64,000 nucleotides of DNA from Hyphomicrobiaceae bacterium (GCA_031403155.1 JANNSX010000468.1:2185-66184); one strand, 5' to 3'; shown: positions 27,796 to 37,839, counted from the stretch's first letter. Notes: generated by a model not told the origin, from the letters alone. Program-made: numbers and translations.

Positions 27796-29763
27796 ATGTC
27801 TTGTTCGTTTCGAAACTATCTCCTCGGCTCTGCAGCGCTCCTGATGCTGCCGTGCCTCTCCTGGTCCGCTTCGGCGCAAGAGGGCACGACGCTCGCACCC
27901 ATCATCGTCGAAAGCGCCGATCTCGGCCTGACGCCGGTACCGGTGGAAAAACTCGGCTCCTCGGTCACGGTGGTGACGCGTGAGGAGATCGAGAACAAGC
28001 AGGCCAAGCACGTCGCCGATGTTCTGCGTACCGTGCCCGGCCTCTCCGTCAATCGAACCTCGACGGCCGGAAGCGTCACGCAAATCCGCGTGCGCGGCGC
28101 GGAGGCGAACCACGTGCTGGTTCTGATCGACGGCGTCGAGATCAACTCGACCACCGACGGCGAGTTCGACTTTTCCGATCTCCTCGTCGACGACATCGAG
28201 CGCATCGAGGTCGTGCGCGGTCCGCAGAGCGGCCTGTGGGGCGCCAACGCCCTGTCGGGCCTCATCAACATCGTGACGCGGCGGGGTGACGGACCGGCCC
28301 GGGTGCATGCAAGTGCCGAGGCCGGCTCCTTCAACACGCGCTCTTTCTCACTCGGCGCCAGCGGCGGCGGCGAGCACGCCTGGGGTTCCATCAGCGGCTC
28401 GGGCCTGGAGACGGACGGCTTCAACATCTCCGACAACGGCATCGAGGACGACGGCTCACGCATCGTCAATTTCCAGGCGCGCGGTGGACTAAAGCTGCAT
28501 CCCTGGTTCACCGTCGAGGGCTTCGTGCGCGATATGGACAAGCGGGCGGACTTCGATTCCTTCGGCGCGGCGCCCGGCGCGATTGCGGGAGATTTGGCCG
28601 AATCCGTCGATCAGGATGGCCTGCAGACACTCTCGAACACGCTCGCGACCGGCGGCACGCTGACGATCGATCCCTTCGACGGTGTCTGGAAGACGCAACT
28701 CTTCGCCAACTACAGCGAGACGGATCGCAAGAACCTCGATCCAATCTTCGGCAACAGCTCGAACTTGGGCCAGCGAGATCGTTTCGGAGCCTCTTCGTCG
28801 CTGACGCTCGATGCGCCGGACCAGAGCATGCGCCACGTCATCACGGGCCTTGTCGAGCAGGAGGCGGAGACCTTCGAGATTTCTTCCGACCCGGCCGAGC
28901 GTGCCCGCGAAAAGTCGAGCGTGGCCGGTGAAATCCGCGGCGAATACTTCGATCAGCTGTTCCTGTCCGGCGCGCTCCGCCACGACGACAGCGACGTGTT
29001 CGGGCCCTTTGACACCTATCGTCTCGCCGCCGCCTGGCTCTTCCGCCAGACTGAGACGCGCTTCCACGGCAGCTACGGCACGGGCGTCGTCTTCCCGACC
29101 ATGTTCGAGCAGTTCGGCTTCATCCCGGGCTTCTTCACACCCAATCCCGATCTGCTGCCGGAGGAGTCCGTGGGCTGGGATGTGGGTGTCGAGCAGACGT
29201 TCATCGATGGTCGCGTCGTCGTGGACGTGACCTATTTCGAGCAGAACCTGACGAACGAGATTTTCTCGACCTTCTCAGGCCCGCCGGTCAATCTCTTGGG
29301 CGAGAGCTTGCGCAAAGGCGTCGAGGTGTCGGCGACCCTCAGGCCAACCGACGATCTCGACGTCATCGTCACCTACACCAATTTGGATGCAACCGATTCC
29401 ACAGGTCTCGCCGAAGTGCGCCGGCCGGAACATGCGGCCAGCCTTTCGGCTAACTGGCGCTTCAACGAGGGGCGGGGACTGCTCTCGGGTGGCGTCATCT
29501 ACAATGGCGAGATGAAGGACGTCGGCTTCGATGCATTCACCTTCGCGCAGCGCGACGTGATGCTCGATGCCTACACGGTCGTCAACATCGGGGCGCGCTA
29601 TGCGGTGTCCGACCAGATCGACATCTATGGCCGCCTCGAGAATGCGCTGGATGAGGACTACGAGGAGACCTTCGGCTTCAATACCGCGGGCTTCGCGGCC
29701 TATGGCGGCATCAAGATCCGCCTCGAGGAGCCCGAGCCGGCGGTCGCGGAGACGCTGAAGTAG
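27796..29763 (+). CDS. btuB: TonB-dependent receptor, probable vitamin B12 transporter
   Basis: Signal peptide ending SASAQE, a TonB box-like APIIVES, and a plug domain (VTVVTREEIE...VPGLSVNRTS...IRVRGAE). It sits downstream of the B12 riboswitch. I chose the ATG at 27796. Confidence 0.8.
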   Translation: MSCSFRNYLLGSAALLMLPCLSWSASAQEGTTLAPIIVESADLGLTPVPVEKLGSSVTVVTREEIENKQAKHVADVLRTVPGLSVNRTSTAGSVTQIRVRGAEANHVLVLIDGVEINSTTDGEFDFSDLLVDDIERIEVVRGPQSGLWGANALSGLINIVTRRGDGPARVHASAEAGSFNTRSFSLGASGGGEHAWGSISGSGLETDGFNISDNGIEDDGSRIVNFQARGGLKLHPWFTVEGFVRDMDKRADFDSFGAAPGAIAGDLAESVDQDGLQTLSNTLATGGTLTIDPFDGVWKTQLFANYSETDRKNLDPIFGNSSNLGQRDRFGASSSLTLDAPDQSMRHVITGLVEQEAETFEISSDPAERAREKSSVAGEIRGEYFDQLFLSGALRHDDSDVFGPFDTYRLAAAWLFRQTETRFHGSYGTGVVFPTMFEQFGFIPGFFTPNPDLLPEESVGWDVGVEQTFIDGRVVVDVTYFEQNLTNEIFSTFSGPPVNLLGESLRKGVEVSATLRPTDDLDVIVTYTNLDATDSTGLAEVRRPEHAASLSANWRFNEGRGLLSGGVIYNGEMKDVGFDAFTFAQRDVMLDAYTVVNIGARYAVSDQIDIYGRLENALDEDYEETFGFNTAGFAAYGGIKIRLEEPEPAVAETLK

Positions 29764-29834
29764 AAGGCTAGCGAGAGGCATGGAAGCGATCAGCGTGAAC
29801 GCTCCGATATTTCATGACGAACTCGCCGCATCCT

Positions 29835-29916
29835 TTCCTCCCCCTCTTGATGGGGGAGGACGCCGCGCCTTGGGTTTAGCGTCAGCTAAACCCTTAGGCG
29901 CGGTTAGGTGGGGGTG
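29835..29916 (+). repeat. family R1 repeat, copy C, between the receptor and binding-protein genes
   Basis: ttcctccccctcttgatgggggaggacgccgcgccttgggtttagcgtcagctaaacccttaggcgcggttaggtgggggtg. Confidence 0.85.
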
Positions 29917-29941
29917 GAAAGGGTGCCGTGAAGTTTGCGGA

Positions 29942-30784
29942 TTGGCCGCCATCATCCTGTTGATGTTGCTGACCGTCGCGCAGGCCCTCGCCGCCCCCCC
30001 CAAGCGCATCGTCTCCATCAATGTCTGTGCCGATCAACTGGTGCAGATGCTGGCGCCGAAGGAGAGTGTGCAGGCGCTGAGCTTTCTCGCGGGCGATCCG
30101 CAGATGTCGGTGATGGCCGATCAGGCGGCCGGCTATCTGCTCATTCGCGGTCTGGCGGAGGAGGTGCTGCCGCTCGAGGCCGATCTCGTCATTGCGGGTG
30201 TCTACTCGACACCAGCGACAGTCGCCCTCATGCGCCGGCTCGGGCAACGGATTGAGACGTTGCCAATGACCAATGATCTCGATGGGATTCGTGAGAATGT
30301 ACGTCTCGTCGCGGACTGGCTCGGACAAGAGGCCGAGGGTCAGCGCATCATCGCCGATTTCGATGCCCGGCTGGCCGATGTCGCCAAGACCGGGGATGCA
30401 CAACCCCCAACCGCCATCATCTACTACGTCAACAGTCTCGCCGCTGGACGCGGAACGCTCGCCGACACCGTGCTGACGGCCGCTGGCTTCCGCAACCTCG
30501 CGGCCGAGCAGGGTATCGAGGGCGAGGGCTTTCTTCCCCTCGAGCGCATCATTACCGAACCACCCGGCCTGATCGTCCTCGGCAACGGCATCGAGCACTA
30601 TCGCAGCATCACGGCCGACAATCTCCGCCATCCGGCCCTGCACCGGCTTTTCGAGCGCGTACCACACGTGGTGCTGGCACAGGCGCTGCTGATGTGCGAC
30701 ACGCCGCACATCATCGAGGCGATCGAGAGCCTGGCGGCGGCACGGGCCGCGATGCCCGCGCGCCAAACCAGCGTTGCGCCCTGA
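29942..30784 (+). CDS. ABC transporter periplasmic binding protein (BtuF/FecB-type)
   Basis: PKRIVSINVCADQLVQMLAP... is the class III binding-protein pattern. The start is uncertain: TTG at 29942 or ATG at 29963. The ORF-track N-terminus (29780 onward) translates the R1 repeat. Confidence 0.75.
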   Translation: MAAIILLMLLTVAQALAAPPKRIVSINVCADQLVQMLAPKESVQALSFLAGDPQMSVMADQAAGYLLIRGLAEEVLPLEADLVIAGVYSTPATVALMRRLGQRIETLPMTNDLDGIRENVRLVADWLGQEAEGQRIIADFDARLADVAKTGDAQPPTAIIYYVNSLAAGRGTLADTVLTAAGFRNLAAEQGIEGEGFLPLERIITEPPGLIVLGNGIEHYRSITADNLRHPALHRLFERVPHVVLAQALLMCDTPHIIEAIESLAAARAAMPARQTSVAP

Positions 30785-31785
30785 TGCAGCGCCCTTGGCT
30801 CACGCCGGTTCTCGTCATTGCGGTTGCGATTCTATTCCTGGGATCGCTGCTGACCGGCCCGGCGGGTGTCGGTCTGCTCGAAGGGCTCAACGCGCTCCTC
30901 TTTGGCACCTCGGCCGAGCGCGAGACGACGGTGCTCATCATGCGCGAGATCCGACTGCCGCGGGCCTTGCTCGGTTTGCTCATCGGGGCAGCGCTCGGCC
31001 TCTCGGGTGCGGCTTTGCAAGGCTATCTCAGGAACCCCCTCGCCGAACCGGGTCTCATTGGCGTCTCGGCCGGCGGCACGCTCGGCGCGGTGCTGGCCAT
31101 TCATACAGGCCTCGCGGGTCTCACTGTGCTGGCACTGCCACTGATGGGACTGGCAGGCGCCTTCGCCGCCGTGGCCGTCGTGCTGGGGCTTGCGGGCCTA
31201 CGGGGCGGGCCGATCACGCTCATCCTTGCCGGCGTTGCCGTCACGAGCGTATGCGGGGCGCTGACAGCGCTCGCTCTCTCGCTGTCCCGCAACCCCTACG
31301 CGACCACCGAGATCCTGTTCTGGATGCTGGGCTCGCTCGGCGATCGCTCGCTGCTGCATGCAGGGCTTGCGGCGCTGCTCATCGTGCCGGGCGCAATCAT
31401 GCTGCTGTTCACGGCGCGCGCGCTCGAAGCCCTGACGCTCGGGGAGGAGGCGGCGGTCAGCCTCGGCATCGACCTCAATCGCAGCCGCTGGCTCGTCGTG
31501 CTCGGCGCCGCGCTTGCCGTCGGCGCCTCGACGTCGGTTGCGGGCACCATCGGTTTCGTCGGCCTCGTGGTGCCGCATCTGATCCGGCCGCTCGTGGGCA
31601 ATCGTCCGGGCAGGCTGTTGGTGCCGAGCCTGTTGGGAGGCGCCGCTCTCGTGCTTGGCGCCGATATCGTCGTCCGCCTGTTCGGCGACACGGGCGAGCT
31701 CAAGCTCGGCGTACTGACCTCGATCATCGGCGCACCATTCTTCCTTTATCTGGTTTTGAGATCGCGCAAGGAGCTTCTGGCATGA
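30784..31785 (+). CDS. FecCD-family ABC permease (BtuC-like)
   Basis: IMREIRLPRALLGLLIGAALGLSGAALQGYLRNPLAEPGLIGVSAGG. The ATG at 30784 overlaps the preceding TGA. Confidence 0.88.
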   Translation: MQRPWLTPVLVIAVAILFLGSLLTGPAGVGLLEGLNALLFGTSAERETTVLIMREIRLPRALLGLLIGAALGLSGAALQGYLRNPLAEPGLIGVSAGGTLGAVLAIHTGLAGLTVLALPLMGLAGAFAAVAVVLGLAGLRGGPITLILAGVAVTSVCGALTALALSLSRNPYATTEILFWMLGSLGDRSLLHAGLAALLIVPGAIMLLFTARALEALTLGEEAAVSLGIDLNRSRWLVVLGAALAVGASTSVAGTIGFVGLVVPHLIRPLVGNRPGRLLVPSLLGGAALVLGADIVVRLFGDTGELKLGVLTSIIGAPFFLYLVLRSRKELLA

Positions 31786-32543
31786 AGCTCGAGGGGCGCA
31801 ATCTTGCCGTCAGCCTGTCCGGCCGCCGTGTGCTATTGGGCGTATCGGCGGTATGCGACGCAGGGGAGCTCGTCGGCGTGATCGGCCCCAACGGTGCCGG
31901 TAAGTCGACGCTTCTGAAGACACTTGCAGGTGTCGTCGTGCCGGATGCCGGGCAGGTCCTGCTCGATGGAGCCGATGTATCGGGATTGACCCGCGCGGCG
32001 CTCGCGCACCGGCTGGCCTACCTGCCGCAGAGCCGCACCGTGCATTGGCCGGTGAAGGTCGAGGCGCTCGTCGGCCTTGGCCGGCTGCCCTTTCACGGTT
32101 TTGCGATCGAGCTGGATGTGGCGGATCGCGCCGCCGTTGCCAAGGCCTTGGCCGCCGCGCAGGTCGATCACCTGGCGAAGCGGCTGACGAGCGAGCTTTC
32201 GGGGGGCGAGTTCGCCCGTGTGCTCGTCGCGCGCGCGCTCGCCCAGGAACCAAAGATTCTCATCGCCGACGAACCTTCCGCAGGTCTCGATCCAGCCCAT
32301 CAGCTCGCGCTCTTCCGGCACTTCCGGTCGCTGGCCGAAGGCGGCATGGGCGTGATGGTCGCGCTGCATGATCTTTCGGCGGCCGCGCGATTCTGTCATC
32401 GCCTCGTCATGATGAAGGACGGTGCGGTGCTCGCCGATGGCGCGCCAACTGACGTTTTGACGCCCGTGCTTCTAAAACAGGCGTTCGACGTGACCGCGGT
32501 CCGGGCCGAGATCGACGGCATTCCGGTCGTCGTCGCGCATTGA
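31782..32543 (+). CDS. ABC transporter ATP-binding protein (BtuD/HmuV-like)
   Basis: [44 protein letters not shown] overlap with the permease gene. Confidence 0.9.
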   Translation: MKLEGRNLAVSLSGRRVLLGVSAVCDAGELVGVIGPNGAGKSTLLKTLAGVVVPDAGQVLLDGADVSGLTRAALAHRLAYLPQSRTVHWPVKVEALVGLGRLPFHGFAIELDVADRAAVAKALAAAQVDHLAKRLTSELSGGEFARVLVARALAQEPKILIADEPSAGLDPAHQLALFRHFRSLAEGGMGVMVALHDLSAAARFCHRLVMMKDGAVLADGAPTDVLTPVLLKQAFDVTAVRAEIDGIPVVVAH

Positions 32544-32667
32544 GGCGAAATCGGGATCGTCGACAGGGCAATTCGCGCGTTGCATCCGTCCACTGTCTGG
32601 GCCACGCTTGCAGGGCCAGTGCGCTTTAGGGCGACGGCACCCAATTCAAAACAACAGCGAGGGTCCC

Positions 32668-33681
32668 ATGCGCGACGAGCGGATACTTCCGCGACGGTTG
32701 AACCTGGCGCTGCAAGGCGGCGGGGCGCACGGCGCCTTCACCTGGGGCGTACTCGACCGGCTGCTCGAGGAGGAGGCGCTATCGATCGACATGGTGAGCG
32801 CTGCAAGCGCAGGTGCGGTCAATGCCGTGGCGATGCTGTCTGGTCTAGCCGCCGGTGGTCGTGAAGCGGCGAGGGCCAAACTCGACGCCGTCTGGCATGC
32901 GATCTCCAAGGCCGGGCTGCCGGACTACATCCGCCTCAATCCCTTCCTGGCGGGGCTTGCCCGAGTGCACGGCCTCGTCTCGCCCTACACCTTCAATCCG
33001 CTAGACATCAATCCGCTGAAGGACATCCTTGTCGAGCACATCGACTTCAATCGGTTGCAGGCCAATCCGCCGGCACGACTCATCATCTCGGCAACCGACG
33101 TGGCGACCGGCGAAGCCCGCCTGTTCGACGAGCGCGAGGTCAGCATTGACGTGGTGCTGGCTTCAGCCTCGTTGCCGACACTCTACCGGCCGGTCGAGAT
33201 CGGTGGGCGGGCCTATTGGGACGGCGGCTTTTCGGCCAATCCGGATCTCGTGACGCTGGCGGCACGCTCCGGGACCCCCGATACGCTGCTCGTCCTCCTC
33301 AACCCGGTAAGCGTGGACACCGTGCCGCGGCAGGCGGCCGAGATTGCTCACCATGTCAGCCGGATCACCTTCAACCAGCCCCTGCTCAGGGACCTCCGGG
33401 AGCTCGAGGCGAGAAAACACAGCCTCAAGGGCCCTTGGCGCTGGCTCGCACCGGCCGAAGAGAGGCGGATCGCCCGGCACCGCCTCCACACCCTGTCCGC
33501 CGACGCCTATACGGCCGGTTTGGCCCCCGAAAGCCGCCTGCAAACCCACTGGGAACTCTTGTCGCACCTGAAGTCAGCGGGCCGCACGGAGGCCGATCGA
33601 TGGCTCGACGGAGGGACGCAGGTAACGGCAACTCGTCAGCTAGGCCCCTGGCCACTCAGCAGAATTCGCCGCGCGGCCTGA
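32668..33681 (+). CDS. patatin-like phospholipase
   Basis: LALQGGGAHGAFTWGVLDRLLEE (oxyanion GGGxxG), the VSAASAGA nucleophile elbow, and YWDGGFSANP (catalytic Asp). Confidence 0.85.
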   Translation: MRDERILPRRLNLALQGGGAHGAFTWGVLDRLLEEEALSIDMVSAASAGAVNAVAMLSGLAAGGREAARAKLDAVWHAISKAGLPDYIRLNPFLAGLARVHGLVSPYTFNPLDINPLKDILVEHIDFNRLQANPPARLIISATDVATGEARLFDEREVSIDVVLASASLPTLYRPVEIGGRAYWDGGFSANPDLVTLAARSGTPDTLLVLLNPVSVDTVPRQAAEIAHHVSRITFNQPLLRDLRELEARKHSLKGPWRWLAPAEERRIARHRLHTLSADAYTAGLAPESRLQTHWELLSHLKSAGRTEADRWLDGGTQVTATRQLGPWPLSRIRRAA

Positions 33682-33857
33682 AGCGGCCCAAGCGCTCTGC
33701 CATTGTTACCAATCGGCATATGCGCCAGCCGCATGCCCTGAATGCCCCAGGGGGACTAGTAAACGGCGTTCTGAATCGTCATATTGCGGTGCAATAACAC
33801 GGGTAAAGAAGTCCGTGCGTCCGGTAACGGCCGGACGAACCACAACGGAGAATAATC

Positions 33858-34109
33858 ATGAGCAATTTCAATAATATGATGCACGGACGCGCGAGCGTCA
33901 TGGGCTTTGCCATCGAGGCATTGGGCAATGCAATATTCGGCACCGTCGGCCAGTCTTTCAAGGCTGGGCGCGATCGCCGGGAACTGGGCCGCGAACTGTC
34001 GCGTCTGACCGACCGTGAGCTTGCCGATATCGGCCTCTCGCGCGCCGACGTTCCGCGCGGGTTCTGGGACCAGGTGTCGGTCCACAACCACATCTTCCGC
34101 CGGCCCTAA
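33858..34109 (+). CDS. DUF1127 small protein
   Basis: RELSRLTDRELADIGLSRADV is the DUF1127 signature. GGAGA lies upstream. Confidence 0.8.
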   Translation: MSNFNNMMHGRASVMGFAIEALGNAIFGTVGQSFKAGRDRRELGRELSRLTDRELADIGLSRADVPRGFWDQVSVHNHIFRRP

Positions 34110-34157
34110 TAAACCGCGCTAAGGCCCGGTATCTGCCGGCCCTGACCTGACGAACAC

Positions 34158-34193
34158 AAGCGGCGGTTGCCCCACGGCGACCGCCGCTTTTCG
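34158..34193 (+). terminator. rho-independent terminator after the DUF1127 gene
   Basis: aagcggcggt...accgccgctt stem followed by tttcg. Confidence 0.7.
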
Positions 34194-34311
34194 TATGACC
34201 GCCCTGCCAGGGCTCCATGGCTCGTCTCGCAATCGCGCTTGTGGGGGGGATCGCGCCGCCGCTATATGCTCGCACGACGATCCAACCATCCCGAAAGACG
34301 GAGTGAGCGAC

Positions 34312-34665
34312 ATGTCCCTGAAGCGTCTCGAAGTCGGCCCGCGCATGAGCCAGGTGGTCATCCACAACAAGATCGCCTACCTCGCCGGTCAGGTGGCCAT
34401 GGGCGCCAAGGGCAAATCGGTCGGCGAGCAAACCCAGGACATCCTCAACGCCATCGACAAGCATCTGAACGCCGCCGGCACCGACAAGACGAAGCTCATC
34501 ACCACGAACATCTGGCTCGCCGATATCTCCAAATTCGCCGAGATGAACGCCGTCTGGGACAAGTGGGTGTCCTCGGGCAATACGCCCGCGCGCGCCACCG
34601 TCGAGGCCAAGCTCGCCGCGCCCGAATTCACCGTCGAGATCATGGTGACGGCGGCGATCGACTAG
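34312..34665 (+). CDS. RidA/YjgF family protein
   Basis: VVIHNKIAYLAGQVA...ITTNIWLADISKFAEMNAVWDKW...PARATVEAKLAAPEF.VEI. I chose the ATG at 34312, which has GGAG upstream. Confidence 0.8.
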   Translation: MSLKRLEVGPRMSQVVIHNKIAYLAGQVAMGAKGKSVGEQTQDILNAIDKHLNAAGTDKTKLITTNIWLADISKFAEMNAVWDKWVSSGNTPARATVEAKLAAPEFTVEIMVTAAID

Positions 34666-34693
34666 ACCAGAGGAAAGAGGGGAAGCGGGCTCG

Positions 34694-35941
34694 ATGAAGA
34701 TAGCGGTTCTGGGCGCCGGCATCGTCGGCATCACGACGGCCTATCAGCTGTTGAAAGACGGCCACAAGGTCGTGATCGTCGACCGCGAGCCCGAGCCCGC
34801 TAACTTCACCTCCTTCTCCAATGCCGGGTTGGTCGCGCCCGGTCACGCCTATGCCTGGGCGTCACCCGCCGCGCCCGGCATGATGTGGCGCTCGCAGTGG
34901 CGCAACGACCAGGCGATCCGCTTCAAACCCCGTCTCGATCCACGCCAATGGTCGTGGATCCGCAAGTTTCTCGCGGAGTGCACGGCCGAACGCGCCGTCA
35001 CCAACACGAAGCACAAGGCCCGGCTTTCGATCTATTCGCAGAAGGTGCTGAACGAGGTCGGCGCGGAGACGCGCATTCCCTATGACCGCGTCAATGGCGG
35101 GCTGCTCTACTTTTTCCGCTCTCCTGCGAGCTACGAACGCGGCTCGAAGAAGGCCGACATCCTGCGCAATGCCGGTATCCCGATCGATTCCATCTCGACG
35201 GATCAGGTGATCAAGTTGGACCCGGGCCTCAAGGCCGCGGCCAATCAAATTGCCGGCGCGCTCTACGTCAAGAGCGACGAGGGTGGAGATTGCCGGATCT
35301 TCACCCAGGCGCTCGCCGAGAAATGCCGCGCCATGGGCGCCGAGATCAACCTCTCGACCACCATCAAGAGCATCGAGACGAAGAACGGCGAGATCTCGCA
35401 CGTCGAGACGAGCACCGGCCCGATCCACGCCGATGCCTTTGTGCTGGCGCTCGGCGTCTACAGTCCGGAATTCGTCAAGCGCCTCGGCATCAAGCTGCCG
35501 GTCTATCCGGTCAAGGGCTATGCCATGACCATTCCGATCAGCGACAAATCGAAAGTCGCGCGGCTGGGCGGGGTCGATGAGGATAATCTGCTCGCCTATT
35601 GCCCGTTCGAGAAGCGGCTGCGCGTCACGGCGACGGCCGAGATCGCGGGCTTCGACACTTCGCACAAGCCGAGCGACTTCCGCGTCATGTCGGACAGGGT
35701 CAAGCAGCTGTTTCCGCAAGGCCTCGATTGGGCGAATGCGAGCTACTGGGCAGGCTTGCGCCCCATGACTCCGACCGCCATTCCAATCGTCGACCGCTCG
35801 CCCATCGCGAATCTGTGGATCAATACCGGCCACGGCCATATGGGTTGGACAATGTCCAACGGCTCAGCCCGCATTCTCGCCGACCTGATCGCCCAACGCC
35901 GCCCCGCCATCGACACGGAAGGACTCCGCTATGAGCATTGA
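34694..35941 (+). CDS. FAD-dependent oxidoreductase, D-amino-acid dehydrogenase-like
   Basis: MKIAVLGAGIVGITTAYQLLKDGHKVVIVDRE (dinucleotide fold) and a C-terminal WAGLRPMTP...NTGHGHMGWT. Confidence 0.82.
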   Translation: MKIAVLGAGIVGITTAYQLLKDGHKVVIVDREPEPANFTSFSNAGLVAPGHAYAWASPAAPGMMWRSQWRNDQAIRFKPRLDPRQWSWIRKFLAECTAERAVTNTKHKARLSIYSQKVLNEVGAETRIPYDRVNGGLLYFFRSPASYERGSKKADILRNAGIPIDSISTDQVIKLDPGLKAAANQIAGALYVKSDEGGDCRIFTQALAEKCRAMGAEINLSTTIKSIETKNGEISHVETSTGPIHADAFVLALGVYSPEFVKRLGIKLPVYPVKGYAMTIPISDKSKVARLGGVDEDNLLAYCPFEKRLRVTATAEIAGFDTSHKPSDFRVMSDRVKQLFPQGLDWANASYWAGLRPMTPTAIPIVDRSPIANLWINTGHGHMGWTMSNGSARILADLIAQRRPAIDTEGLRYEH

Positions 35942-36755
35942 GACCGATACCGGCCCTCGCCGCGCCCGTGCGAAGTCGCCGCGCGCCAAGACCCCGACCG
36001 AGTTCATCGAGCACTTGCCCTTCAAGACCGACAAGGGCATCTCGACCAAGGCGCGCGTCGGCCTCATCGTGCTCGCCTCCGACAACACCATCGAGCACGA
36101 GTTCCGCTTGGCCTTCGAGGGCCTAAAGGGCGTCGGCCTGTTCGAGAGCCGCATTTACAATTCGACGACCATCACGCCCGAGACGCTCGCCGCCATGGGC
36201 CCCCACATCACGGAAGCCGCGCGCCTGTTGTTGCCGGGCACCGAGCTCGACGTCATCGGCTACGGCTGCACCTCGGCCTCGATGGTGTTGGGTGAGAAGA
36301 AGGTCGCGGAGGAGGTGAGGAAGGCCAAGCCCAAGGCCAAGGTGACCAACCCGATCACGGCCGCCTTCGCCGCTTTCGATGCCTTCAAGGCGAAGCGCAT
36401 CGCGGTGCTGACGCCCTACCGCGCCGACGTCAACGCCATCGTCCAGAAGTACATCGAGGCCAAGGGCTACGAGGTGCCCGTCTTCGGCTCTTTCAACGAG
36501 GAGAACGACACGACGGTCGCCAACATCGATTTGAAGAGCGTCAAGCGCGGCATTGCCTCGATCACCAAGGGCCGCGACGTCGATATGGTGTTCGTCTCCT
36601 GCACGGGGCTGCGTCTCGCCGAGGCGGTGACCGAGATCGAGGAAGCGGTCGGGCTGCCTGTCACCTCGTCGAACCATGCGCTCGCCTGGCATTGCATGCG
36701 GCTCGCGGGCATCAAGCACAAGCGACCGGAGCTGGGGCGGCTTTATACGAGGTAG
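35931..36755 (+). CDS. Asp/Glu/hydantoin racemase superfamily protein (maleate isomerase/arylmalonate decarboxylase-like)
   Basis: It has the two Cys motifs GYGCTSAS and VSCTGLR. It overlaps the preceding gene by 11 nt. Confidence 0.7.
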   Translation: MSIETDTGPRRARAKSPRAKTPTEFIEHLPFKTDKGISTKARVGLIVLASDNTIEHEFRLAFEGLKGVGLFESRIYNSTTITPETLAAMGPHITEAARLLLPGTELDVIGYGCTSASMVLGEKKVAEEVRKAKPKAKVTNPITAAFAAFDAFKAKRIAVLTPYRADVNAIVQKYIEAKGYEVPVFGSFNEENDTTVANIDLKSVKRGIASITKGRDVDMVFVSCTGLRLAEAVTEIEEAVGLPVTSSNHALAWHCMRLAGIKHKRPELGRLYTR

Positions 36756-36859
36756 GCTCCCGGTTGCATCTGTTGCGTCTGCAAGCGATGCAGCCTTGCC
36801 ATCCGGCGATCGCCGCGAATCACTTAGGCTCCGCGCCGGGACAAGCGGGGAGCCTGTTC

Positions 36860-37045
36860 ATGCGATTGAAGATCTGCACATCAGCGCCCATGGCCACCAC
36901 CATCTGGGACCGCCGGGCGAGTGTACTCGAAGCTGGCTTCACGCTCATGGAGAAGAAGCCCGACGACAGGGTCTGGACGTCGAGCGATTGGCGGCTCTGG
37001 CGCTATGCGATTGCCGTGTCGAAGCGGCTCGAGCGGCTGAACTGA
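36860..37045 (+). CDS. candidate small protein (51-61 aa), no recognised family
   Basis: High third-position GC across atg cga ttg...ctg aac tga, consistent with coding. ATG at 36860 or 36890. No homology recognised. Confidence 0.35.
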   Translation: MRLKICTSAPMATTIWDRRASVLEAGFTLMEKKPDDRVWTSSDWRLWRYAIAVSKRLERLN

Positions 37046-37054
37046 CGCTTCCGA

Positions 37055-37771
37055 TTACGGTGCGAGCAGCGCGATCCTCGCCGAAATCTCGCGCAACAGC
37101 TTCGAGCGGATCGCCTCCTTGAAGTCCTCGTAGTTCCGCGACTTCATGACGAAGCTGTCGTGGCCGATGATGACGTTGTCCCGGTAGTAATTGTCGAGGT
37201 CGTGCACCTCGTTGATGATGGCGAGCCCATTCACAACGACATCATGCGCGTTCGCCATCATGCGCGCTTGCGGCAATAGGATCGTCAGATCTTCGCGCGC
37301 CGGCGTTTCGACACCATCACCCGACACATCGACCACGCGCCGGGGCGCCGTGAAGCGGTTGTCGGCGATGAGGCGGACCGAATAGGCCACCGCCGAACCG
37401 ATGCCTGTTCCACCTTCCACACGGCGCGGGAACTGGGAGACCGCATCGGCGAAGGTGAGTGCGCTCGGCCGGTCGCCGACCACGAACCAGCTGCTCTCGT
37501 CTTTGGGAAGCGTCGCATCCGCCCAGATGACGACAGCGACCGCGATGCGCCCGTTCGGTCCCGAGCCGATCGCCGACTGCACGGCCTCGTCGCGGAAGGC
37601 CTCGGCAATACCCTGGATCTGCAGTTGATACTCGGTGTCGTCGACACTGCCGGAGGCATCGACGGCCAACACCAGCTCGAGGTCGACCTCTTCCGCGGAC
37701 GCGAGGGCAGGAGCCAGCCCGAGCGCCAGCAGGCTGACTATGATAAAGCGTCTGGCGTTCGTCAGGGCCAC
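37055..37771 (-). CDS. DUF1194 (vWA-like) secreted protein
   Basis: VDLELVLAVDASGSVDDTEYQLQIQGIAEAFRD...VVDVSGDG...VVVNGLAIIN. I chose GTG at 37771, which gives a signal peptide ending ALASA. Confidence 0.75.
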   Translation of the reverse strand: MALTNARRFIIVSLLALGLAPALASAEEVDLELVLAVDASGSVDDTEYQLQIQGIAEAFRDEAVQSAIGSGPNGRIAVAVVIWADATLPKDESSWFVVGDRPSALTFADAVSQFPRRVEGGTGIGSAVAYSVRLIADNRFTAPRRVVDVSGDGVETPAREDLTILLPQARMMANAHDVVVNGLAIINEVHDLDNYYRDNVIIGHDSFVMKSRNYEDFKEAIRSKLLREISARIALLAP

Positions 37772-37839
37772 TTGGCCAGTGTGCCTTGAGGCAAGGCAAT
37801 CGGCAACGGCAATTGCGTAACGATGCGGTGAGCTTGAAA

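Noticed and set aside
29780-29941. N-terminal extension of the binding-protein ORF (MEAISVNAPIFHDELAASFPPPLDGGGRRALGLASAKPLG...)
   Set aside because: The peptide is a translation of the R1 repeat element. A signal-peptide-bearing start downstream (29942 or 29963) is more plausible.
30774-31781. N-terminal two-thirds of the 589-aa ORF 30774-32543
   Set aside because: This part is out of frame with, and overlaps, the FecCD permease gene. Only the part from the ATG at 31782 has ABC ATPase motifs.
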